Positions 1 through 7,427 of a DNA stretch of 10,484 nucleotides are shown here, one piece after another. The stretch spans positions 1-10,484 of the forward strand of contig NJBH01000062.1 in NCBI GenBank assembly GCA_005223125.1. The letters are read 5' to 3'. The translations under genes were made by a program, and so were the position numbers. The stretch's first letter is position 1, and every line of letters starts with the position of its first letter. The stretch comes from Promethearchaeota archaeon Loki_b32. Lineage in GTDB: Archaea; Asgardarchaeota; Lokiarchaeia; Sigyniarchaeales; SOKP01. The notes beneath the pieces are model-generated. The model ran no database searches. It was given only the letters and a program-made list of their open reading frames with translations, and was not told the origin of the DNA.

Positions 1-70
1 CAATAGCCCAACAACCTAAACCTAAAGGACTTACTTTAATCCCTGTTTTCCCTAGTATTCTTTGATTCAT
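1..70 (-). CDS. Aldo/keto reductase, 5' part (runs off window start)
   Basis: ATG at 70-68 reads MNQRILGKTGIKVSPLGLGCWAI, the typical AKR N-terminal motif (R.LG.TG..VS.LGLG.W). A GGGA purine run lies just upstream. Confidence 0.88.
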   Translation of the reverse strand, partial: MNQRILGKTGIKVSPLGLGCWAI

Positions 71-200
71 TTTTTATCCCTAATATATCAGAAAGACAAT
101 TTATTTTAAATAGTTCATTATAATAATCAATAAATTTTATTGGTTAACATTATTTCTTTACTATCTCCCTCCCCCGTGTTGCCCCCTCCTAAAAAAGGAG

Positions 201-649
201 ACATTCTTAAAACCAAGAAATTACAAGCACTCATCATTTTTTCTACGACAGAAAAAGGGAATAATAGCTCAGAATTGGAATTAACGTGGAGAATTGATGA
301 TACCGCAAGGGAAGAATACTTAAAGAACCTTGGAAAATCAATCATTTTTTCTAATAGAAATGAGTGGAGCACTTTAGAAATCGTTAAGACATATCGAGCG
401 CAAATTGACGTGGAACGGCAATTCAAGGAATTGAATAAAAGAGGTAGGATCAGCGTCATGCCCATGTACGTCTGGACAAATCCGATGATAAGGGTGCACG
501 TGTTCATTAGCGTGTTAGCCTTACTACTTTCCAATTTACTCTATCGAGAGATATGATTAGCCGGAATTGTTCACTCAAAGGAAGAATGTTTTGAAGTTTT
601 GGAAGATATAAAAGAAATCCACCTCTATTACGATGATGACCATGTACCT
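201..649 (+). pseudogene. IS1634-like DDE transposase C-terminal remnant with an internal TGA stop
   Basis: ORF 140..556 contains LGKSIIFSN...YRAQIDVERQFKELN...PMYVWTNPMIRVHVFISVLALLL, matching the IS1634 Y-x6-E-x2-F-x2-L and P.Y.W....IR.HVF..VLA pattern. The same frame continues past TGA 554-556 as LAGIVHSKEECFEVLEDIKEIHLYY. The N-terminal catalytic aspartates and the element ends are absent; boundaries are approximate. Confidence 0.8.
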
Positions 650-778
650 GCTATGCGATCGTCTTGATCGATATTAAAATTCATATTTTCGTAGACATGC
701 TTCATTGACATAACAACCTTAACATTGGGGGGAATGTTTCATATTTTCATTAAATTCATTAAATTTGATATAATAAAA

Positions 779-2260
779 TCAACTCCAATATCCGGTTAGA
801 TGCTCGTACATTCTCTTGAATTCTACCAGTAATTTTTGGTATTGTTTTGCTACGGCTTTATTTGGGTTGATAATTACATTATTGGGGTTTTTAATACTCG
901 CAACTTCAGTTATATCTTCAATTAATCCTAATCCAAAAGCGGCTAGAAGCCCACATCCGCGCAAACTAGCTTCGGGTTCATCAGTTAAGATCTGCGGTAA
1001 TTGTGTTACATCTCCTTTAATTTGGTACAAGAGTTTATTACGAGTAGCGCCTCCAACACAATATACTTGTTTAATTTCTACGCCTAAATTTCGAAAATTT
1101 TGCACATCCTTACTTAACGCTAATGAGACGCCTTCCATTACGGATCGAGCTAAATGTCCAGCTTTATGATTCAAAGTCAAACCAAAAAAACACCCTCGTG
1201 CCATTGTATTTTCTTGTCGTCGTTCGCCAAGCATATAAGGATAAAACATCAAACCTTCACAACCTATGGGTGTATTTCTTGCCATATTAATCATTTGTTC
1301 GTATGAAATTTCTTCTTTCCCTATAGAACTGAGAAAATCTTTGCACCATTTCATGCTTAACCCCCCGGTATCTAATATTGTGAATGGAATCCAACCTTCA
1401 ATAACATGTTTTAAATTTTGGACTAAAGGGTGGACAATAGGTTTATCCTTATGAACAACAAAAAGAGTGCTCGTTCCTGTCATATCTACGGCAGTGCCTT
1501 CACCAACAAGACCTAATCCAAGAAGAGATACGATAAAATCACCTCCACCGGCAATTACAGGAATATCAACAGGGATACCAATCTTTTTAGAAATTTCTTC
1601 TTTAACGTTTCCAATAACATCATGCGAATTCGATATAGGAGCAAACTTGTTTATGTCAATATCAAGAATTTTAGCCATATAGCCGTTATAAGCATCCGTG
1701 TTAAAATCATAAAGATATGTTCCTGATGCTTCGCTGGGATCCGTAGCAGCAACACCTGTAAGTTGATAATTGATAAAATCCTTAGGAACTAAGAACCATC
1801 GAGTTTTATCGTAAATCTCTGGTTGATTTTCCTTTATCCATCGAACTTTAGCTCCTGCCCATCCTGTTGTTATAGGATTCCCCGTAATAATAGCAAGTTC
1901 TGATTCATTGTATTCTTTTTTGATAAGTTCGCATATATTTTCGCAACGCTTATCGCACCATATCTGAGTCCAGTCTGTTGTAATTTCTCCATCCTTGTTA
2001 ACTCCCACAGGTCCGTGCATTTGGCCACAAGTACTAACACCTTTAATTGAATTAATATTAACTTTAGATTTTTGTATTACTTCCAGAATCGCTCGTTTTG
2101 TTAAATCCCACCAAACTTGTGGCTTTTGTTGAGCCCATCCTGGAAATGGACTATTTACATCTTGTTGTATCTGTGAAACTGAAGATACTAATCCGTTTTG
2201 ATCGACAATGGCCGCTCGAATACTCTGCGTTCCAAGATCAATTGCTAAAAAATAATTCAT
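779..2260 (-). CDS. FGGY-family carbohydrate kinase (xylulokinase-like; substrate uncertain)
   Basis: 493 aa with AIDLGTQSIRA, PFPGWAQQ, GQMHG, WCDKR, TDPSEASGT, GGGDF, MTGTS, PYMLGERR, RSVMEGV and GGATRN motifs. GGTGA RBS at 2270-2274 (minus strand). Confidence 0.92.
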   Translation of the reverse strand: MNYFLAIDLGTQSIRAAIVDQNGLVSSVSQIQQDVNSPFPGWAQQKPQVWWDLTKRAILEVIQKSKVNINSIKGVSTCGQMHGPVGVNKDGEITTDWTQIWCDKRCENICELIKKEYNESELAIITGNPITTGWAGAKVRWIKENQPEIYDKTRWFLVPKDFINYQLTGVAATDPSEASGTYLYDFNTDAYNGYMAKILDIDINKFAPISNSHDVIGNVKEEISKKIGIPVDIPVIAGGGDFIVSLLGLGLVGEGTAVDMTGTSTLFVVHKDKPIVHPLVQNLKHVIEGWIPFTILDTGGLSMKWCKDFLSSIGKEEISYEQMINMARNTPIGCEGLMFYPYMLGERRQENTMARGCFFGLTLNHKAGHLARSVMEGVSLALSKDVQNFRNLGVEIKQVYCVGGATRNKLLYQIKGDVTQLPQILTDEPEASLRGCGLLAAFGLGLIEDITEVASIKNPNNVIINPNKAVAKQYQKLLVEFKRMYEHLTGYWS

Positions 2261-2274
2261 AGATTAAAATCACC

Positions 2275-2330
2275 ATCAGGTTCACGATGGTTAATACTAC
2301 AGAGGACACGTTCTCGAGAATTAATTTCAT
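2275..2330 (-). pseudogene. 5' relic of a uroporphyrinogen decarboxylase (URO-D)/MtaA-like family gene
   Basis: AGGTGA RBS (2333-2338) then ATG at 2330. Restoring one base gives MK(I)NSRERVLCSINHREPD, the characteristic M.SRERV...L/INH.EPD(RVP) N-terminus of this family. The sequence then runs straight into the kinase RBS. Confidence 0.7.
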
Positions 2331-2430
2331 AATCACCTTCTTTTACATAACAAATTTTCTAATAATTAGTTTTTATGTAGTTATAATTTTAATTAGGAAA
2401 TAAAATAAACGCTTACAATTTTATATTGTT

Positions 2431-2436
2431 ATATGA
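2431..2436 (+). repeat. Target-site duplication ATATGA (left copy; right copy 3969-3974)
   Basis: Identical 6-mer immediately outside both terminal inverted repeats. Confidence 0.85.
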
Positions 2437-3968
2437 CAGTTTCAAAGGAAGTTAAAATCTAAATCCTATTGAGCTGAATCTTTTTCTATTAAACTTTAAT
2501 TCTAATCTTTTATTTTAATTAATTAATTTTTGTTTTTTACTTCCAATGGAAATTTATCTTAATATTTATAAGAGAAAAATGGTATTATTTATGTATGAAT
2601 ATATAATATTTATCTCCTCTTTCAGGTTTGAAAGCTGAGTTGAAACCACTTTTCTCTAACGAATATATGTTAGCATTTTTTAAAAAGTTTTGTGATGCAA
2701 TCAAATCTAGGACGTGGGGATTTAAAAAGGCTAAAAATGTAAGATATGATGCTGAAGACTTCCTTAGAGTCTTTTTTTATTCCGAAATAACAGGAAAGTC
2801 TATAGGAAGTGCCAGTGAAAGGCTGAACAGGTACTTTTTGAGTAAGAAAAAAGGAAAACGAAAAATATACCCCGACGGAAGAAAAAAGCGAGAAATTCCG
2901 CACCAAACGGACGTGAACACATTTTTACGCCTAATTGGACTTAAAAAGGCAAGAAATTTATTACGCAAATGTTTGGATTATCAATTAAAAGAAGCTTTAT
3001 ATTTAGAACTTATTTCAAAGAAAGTGAACGTCTTAATTGACTTTACAGAACATTCATATTACGGAAAACGGGACGATAAAATGATTAAAGGAACAAATCG
3101 GGGTAAAGGAACAAAAAAAATGCGCCATTACTTAGGATTTTCGATTTTATCCCGAGGTATTCACCTTTATGCCGGACTGGAACACATCGCAAAAGGGCAA
3201 CTGAAAGTACCCATAATTATTAAATTTCTGGAACATTTGATTGAGTTGGGGTTTGAGTTAAATTATGTAATGATGGATAGAGAATTTTACAATGCGGAAC
3301 TTTTATACGAAATTAAAGGGCTGAAAGGAAATATATTAATGCCTGCCAAAGCGTATAAAAAAATTACTAAAATTATTGAAGAATGTTTAAACGGTACTGG
3401 GAAAAGAGTAAGAAAATATACCTTTTTAAGCGCTCCTGGAAAGGAATTTCAATTCTTTCAAAATGTGTATTTGATAATTAAGGCAAAAAAAGGGCACACC
3501 CTTTTAAGCGTTAAACGAGCCTTTCAGAAAGGGAAATTAACTTTAAAGGATGCAAGGAAATTAATTTATGCCATAATGACGACCCAAAAACCGAGGGGGC
3601 AATCAAGTTCTTGGGCGTCCCGCACTTCGCGTTTTTATAAAAAACGATGGTTTATAGAGACAGGATTTAGGGACTTAAATCGGATGGGTCGACTATGGAA
3701 GTCGAAATACGACAATACAAGATATTTAGATATGCTGGTCCGCATGCTCCTTTACAATTCTTGGAAAATAAACCGGGCGTACCTTGAAAAGTGCCAAAAA
3801 AAAGGTTATAAAACTCAGGCGTGGACCCTCCAAGACAATCAGGATGCCTTGGAAGAGATCTTTCTTAACACATAAAAAAAATTACGCATCAATACTCGTT
3901 AAGGTGAGAATAATGTCGGATTAGAAAAAAGAAAAAATTATTAGAAAAAAATACTTCATTAGATACTG
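2437..3968 (+). mobile_element. Complete ISH3-type insertion sequence, 1532 bp
   Basis: Left end CAGTTTCAAAGGAAGT (2437-2452) versus reverse complement of right end CAGTATCTAATGAAGT (3953-3968): 13/16 match. Flanked by direct repeat ATATGA at 2431-2436 and 3969-3974. Encodes a single DDE transposase. Confidence 0.9.
2628..3875 (+). CDS. ISH3-family DDE transposase (TTG start; probable ancestral ATG start at 2595 is followed by an in-frame TAA)
   Basis: LIDFT (D), MMDREFY (D) and YKKRWFIETGFR (Y-x2-R-x3-E), followed by LLYNSW. It lies between the TIRs. Confidence 0.88.
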   Translation: MKAELKPLFSNEYMLAFFKKFCDAIKSRTWGFKKAKNVRYDAEDFLRVFFYSEITGKSIGSASERLNRYFLSKKKGKRKIYPDGRKKREIPHQTDVNTFLRLIGLKKARNLLRKCLDYQLKEALYLELISKKVNVLIDFTEHSYYGKRDDKMIKGTNRGKGTKKMRHYLGFSILSRGIHLYAGLEHIAKGQLKVPIIIKFLEHLIELGFELNYVMMDREFYNAELLYEIKGLKGNILMPAKAYKKITKIIEECLNGTGKRVRKYTFLSAPGKEFQFFQNVYLIIKAKKGHTLLSVKRAFQKGKLTLKDARKLIYAIMTTQKPRGQSSSWASRTSRFYKKRWFIETGFRDLNRMGRLWKSKYDNTRYLDMLVRMLLYNSWKINRAYLEKCQKKGYKTQAWTLQDNQDALEEIFLNT

Positions 3969-4037
3969 ATATGAAAAAAGAATAACTAAAATTTTTTCCA
4001 TAAAAAATATTTTACTTAAAAAATAGGAGTTGTTTAT

Positions 4038-4991
4038 ATGAGTAACTTTGACTTTTCACCTGCAGAAAGCCCTACATTTTATTATATTGGAGTAACTACC
4101 GGTAAATCTTCCATTATGAGGGTTTTTCCTAAATGGGCGGAACATCTTGGTCTTGGTGACACGCATTTTATTGGTATTGATTGTAAGATACACGATGATC
4201 CTAATGTTTACAGAAAAGTTGTAGACTTTATAAAACAAGATAAACATTCTTGGGGGGCTCTTGTTACCTCACATAAAATCGACCTTTATGAGGCAACAAA
4301 GGATTTTTTTGACGAAGTAGGTCCATATACAAAGCTTCTTGGAGAAGTTAGCAGTATATCAAAAAGGGAAGGAAAACTTTGGGGTCATGCCAAGGACCCT
4401 ATAACCGCCGGTCTTTCTTTCGAATCGTTTATTCCGAAAAATCATTGGAAAAAAACTGGAGCCGAAATATGTATAATAGGTGCCGGAGGAGCCTCATTGG
4501 CGTTAACTGCTTATATCATGATGAAAAGTGAGGGAGACAACAGACCTTCTAAAATATATGTGTTAAATAGAAGTACTCCAAGACTCGAAACGATGAAGAA
4601 AATCCACGAAAAAGTTAATCTTGGAATCGAAATTAAATATAAACACTGTCCAACTCCAGAATGTAACGATAAAATTGTAAATCGGCTCAAACCTGGGTCA
4701 TTAGTAATAAATGGAACTGGATTAGGGAAAGATGCTCCCGGATCTCCTTTAACTAATGCCGCTCAATTTCCTAAAAACGGCTTTGCTTGGGATTATAACT
4801 ACAGAGGAGATCTAATATTTTTGGATCAAGCTAGATTACAAAAAGAAGAAAAAAATCTTCATGTAGAAGATGGTTGGGTTTACTTTCTCCATGGATGGCA
4901 AAGGGTAATAGCAGAAGTTTTTCATGTAGAGATTCTTACCAGCGGACCCGAGTTTGATAAGATCTCAAAAATCGCGTCAAAAGTAAGATAA
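4038..4991 (+). CDS. Shikimate-dehydrogenase-fold NAD(P)-dependent oxidoreductase (non-AroE paralog)
   Basis: GALVTSHK, GHAKD, IIGAGGA, LNRS..R, INGTGLG, WDYNY and EDGW map onto the SDH fold, but the AroE HS.SP and NTD motifs are absent. AGGAG RBS at 4025-4029. Confidence 0.8.
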   Translation: MSNFDFSPAESPTFYYIGVTTGKSSIMRVFPKWAEHLGLGDTHFIGIDCKIHDDPNVYRKVVDFIKQDKHSWGALVTSHKIDLYEATKDFFDEVGPYTKLLGEVSSISKREGKLWGHAKDPITAGLSFESFIPKNHWKKTGAEICIIGAGGASLALTAYIMMKSEGDNRPSKIYVLNRSTPRLETMKKIHEKVNLGIEIKYKHCPTPECNDKIVNRLKPGSLVINGTGLGKDAPGSPLTNAAQFPKNGFAWDYNYRGDLIFLDQARLQKEEKNLHVEDGWVYFLHGWQRVIAEVFHVEILTSGPEFDKISKIASKVR

Positions 4992-5012
4992 TAATTAGAG
5001 TGAGATAATAAA

Positions 5013-5597
5013 ATGGAAAAACTTAAAAATTTAAAATCAATGGCAATTCGATTCAATTTGGACGATGGTTTATCGCCCGATAGAAAATCGATTAAAAGAA
5101 TGCTTTCAGCTATGGAAGGGATGTATCTCGATAATGAAAAATTAAAGGAGATGTTAAAAGACGGAGATATTGTTGTTTATGAATTTTATAATATGGGTCT
5201 TCCCGAAGACTCTGGAGAATTAGGATTCGGAACTACTATACTCTATCCTGGAAAAATAGGAGAAGAATATTATTTCACAAAAGGACATTTCCATTCAATT
5301 CTAGAGACTGCAGAAATTTATTATTGTATTAAAGGTAATGGATATCTATTGATGGAGAGTCCTGAAGGTGATGTAGAGTTACAAGAGTTGAAACCAGGAG
5401 TTTCTGTCTATGTTCCTAAAAGATACGCTCATCGAAGTATAAATATATCCGATAAAGAACCACTAATTTCATTTTTTGCTTACAGAGCCGATGGTGGACA
5501 CGATTATAAAACAATTAAAACAAAAGGATTTAGAAAACTTGTTGTTGAAAGGAATGGAAAGCCAGAACTTATTGACAATCCAAAATGGAAAGCTTAG
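5013..5597 (+). CDS. Cupin-type glucose-6-phosphate isomerase family protein
   Basis: GTTILYPGKIGEEYYFTKGHFH...AEIYYCIKGNG..LME...VYVP...AHRSIN...ADGGHDY: archaeal-type cupin PGI signature with H-x-H, E and H metal ligands. Confidence 0.9.
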   Translation: MEKLKNLKSMAIRFNLDDGLSPDRKSIKRMLSAMEGMYLDNEKLKEMLKDGDIVVYEFYNMGLPEDSGELGFGTTILYPGKIGEEYYFTKGHFHSILETAEIYYCIKGNGYLLMESPEGDVELQELKPGVSVYVPKRYAHRSINISDKEPLISFFAYRADGGHDYKTIKTKGFRKLVVERNGKPELIDNPKWKA

Positions 5598-5621
5598 ATT
5601 ATTAGTAATAAAGGTGTATAT

Positions 5622-6551
5622 ATGAAGAAAGTCTATATAACTCCCAGATCAATTACAATGAATGGTCATTATTCCTTAGAGAAGCTTAAGCGTGCGGGCT
5701 TAGAACTTATTTTTACCACTCCTGGAAAACAAGCGACGGAAGAAGAGCAACTGAAAATTTTACCTGATTGTGTAGCTTATCTTGCAGGTATTGAACCTAT
5801 AAGCTCAAAAGTGTTAGAAGAAGCAAAAAAATTAAAAATAATTAGTAGAAATGGAGTTGGAATTGATAATATTGATCTTAATGCTGCTAAAAGATTTGGA
5901 ATCGAAGTAAAAATAACAGCGGGTTCAAATTCACAAAGTGTTGCAGAACTTGCCATTGCTTTAATGCTTAGCGCAGTTAGAGCCGTTCCAATCTGTAATA
6001 ACCACATGAAAAATGGCGAATGGCGTAGAGAAAAAGGATTTGAGTTAAAAGAAAAAACTCTCGGTGTAATCGGATGTGGAAATATTGGCAAAAGAGTTGC
6101 AGAAATGGCTCTTGGTCTAAATTTGAAAGTATTAGGTTATGACCTTTATCCAGATAAAGATTTTAAACCTTTTGGAAATTTTAAATATGTATCTTTGGAC
6201 GAATTATTTGCGCAATCAGATGTAATTAGTCTAAATTGTCCCCCCGGTGAAAAACCGCTAATAGATAGAAAGGCAATAAATTTGATGAAAGATGGCGTAT
6301 ATATTATAAACACGGCAAGGGCGGGAGTTGTAAATGAAGATGACATATTGGACGCATTAAACACTGGTAAAATCACTATTTTTGCTACTGATGTATATGC
6401 GACTGAACCACCAGGTATCACCCCAATTATTAATCACGAACATACAATTACAACGCCCCATATTGGGGGGTATACCGTAGAAAGCATAGACCGTACGACA
6501 GAAGCAGCAGTGGACAATATATTAAAAGAGTTAGGTTTCTTAAATGATTAA
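5622..6551 (+). CDS. D-isomer-specific 2-hydroxyacid dehydrogenase (phosphoglycerate dehydrogenase-like, no ACT domain)
   Basis: ISRNGVGIDNID, GCGNIG, INTARAG, DVYATEPP and TPHIGG (catalytic R/E/H). Only 309 aa. Confidence 0.9.
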   Translation: MKKVYITPRSITMNGHYSLEKLKRAGLELIFTTPGKQATEEEQLKILPDCVAYLAGIEPISSKVLEEAKKLKIISRNGVGIDNIDLNAAKRFGIEVKITAGSNSQSVAELAIALMLSAVRAVPICNNHMKNGEWRREKGFELKEKTLGVIGCGNIGKRVAEMALGLNLKVLGYDLYPDKDFKPFGNFKYVSLDELFAQSDVISLNCPPGEKPLIDRKAINLMKDGVYIINTARAGVVNEDDILDALNTGKITIFATDVYATEPPGITPIINHEHTITTPHIGGYTVESIDRTTEAAVDNILKELGFLND

Positions 6552-7404
6552 AATAACTGAGTTAAAAATCATCTCATTGGAAAGTTTTATACAAGATAAG
6601 AATGTCCCACAAAATGAGATTCATCTCGTGTGGCTAGGGCAAGCTGGTTTTGCATTTAAATTCAATCGCAGACTTCTCATAATTGACCCATATTTATCTG
6701 ATTATCTCTCAAAAAAAAACAAGGGTAAGTTATTTCCTCACATCCGCTTAATGGATGTCCCGATTTATCCTGAAAATATAAAAAATATTGATTATATCCT
6801 GAGCTCACACGCACATTCAGATCACATGGATCCTGAAACACTTTCAGTTTTATCAGTTAATAATCCTAACTGTAGGATTATAGCTCCTGCTGCTGAAGTC
6901 CAAGAAGCGATTAATAGAGGAGCTAAGAAAGAACAAATAATTCCCGTTAATGATGGTCAAATAATTGAATTAGAAAATGATATTAAAATCATAGGGGTTG
7001 CCGCTTCACACGAAACGCTTAAAATAAATGAAAAAGGAGAATATCACTTTCTTGGTTATATTTTTGATTTTGGAGGTATTAAAATTTATCATTCTGGAGA
7101 TTGCATACCTTACGATGGACTTTATAATAAATTAAAAAAATTATATATAAACATAGCACTATTACCTATAAATGGAAGGGACAATTATAGATTTAATAAC
7201 GATATTGCCGGAAATTTTTTGATACCCGAAGCGTTAGAATTATGTAGAGAGTGTGAAATAAAAACTCTTATTGTTCACCATTTTGGCATGTTTGCTTATA
7301 ATACTGTTACAAATGAAGAATTGGAAGAACTCAAGAAAAAAAGTTCTAAAAATCTTCGAATAATAATTCCTAAAATTAATGTTTTACATAAAATTAAAAG
7401 ATAA
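6544..7404 (+). CDS. Metallo-beta-lactamase-fold hydrolase, UlaG (L-ascorbate-6-phosphate lactonase)-like
   Basis: WLGQAGF, IIDPYLSD, SHAHSDH (HxHxDH), AASHE, YHSGD, LLPING and HHFGMF. Overlaps the upstream gene by 8 bp. Confidence 0.85.
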   Translation: MIKITELKIISLESFIQDKNVPQNEIHLVWLGQAGFAFKFNRRLLIIDPYLSDYLSKKNKGKLFPHIRLMDVPIYPENIKNIDYILSSHAHSDHMDPETLSVLSVNNPNCRIIAPAAEVQEAINRGAKKEQIIPVNDGQIIELENDIKIIGVAASHETLKINEKGEYHFLGYIFDFGGIKIYHSGDCIPYDGLYNKLKKLYINIALLPINGRDNYRFNNDIAGNFLIPEALELCRECEIKTLIVHHFGMFAYNTVTNEELEELKKKSSKNLRIIIPKINVLHKIKR

Positions 7405-7427
7405 TACAATAAAAGAAATGATATTAT

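Noticed and set aside
554-556. In-frame TGA (also at 741-739) as selenocysteine or stop-codon reassignment
   Set aside because: These occur only in fragmentary relics, TGA terminates the intact kinase gene, and no SECIS-like structure or redox motif is evident.
816-1682. Plus-strand ORFs 816..1169, 1266..1454 and 1467..1682
   Set aside because: Antisense shadows of the FGGY kinase with no recognisable motifs.
3901-3924. GGTGA RBS followed by ATG TCG GAT TAG mini-ORF inside the IS right end
   Set aside because: Only three codons, no evidence of function, and possibly a relic of a longer transposase tail.
127-6421. Minus-strand ORFs 127..534, 2670..2906, 2777..2968, 4056..4247, 5777..6091 and 6146..6421
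   Set aside because: Antisense shadows of well-supported genes or transposases.
4038-6551. Gene symbols aroE, pgi and serA (and xylB for 779..2260)
   Set aside because: Family membership is clear, but motif changes and catabolic context make the housekeeping functions unsupported.
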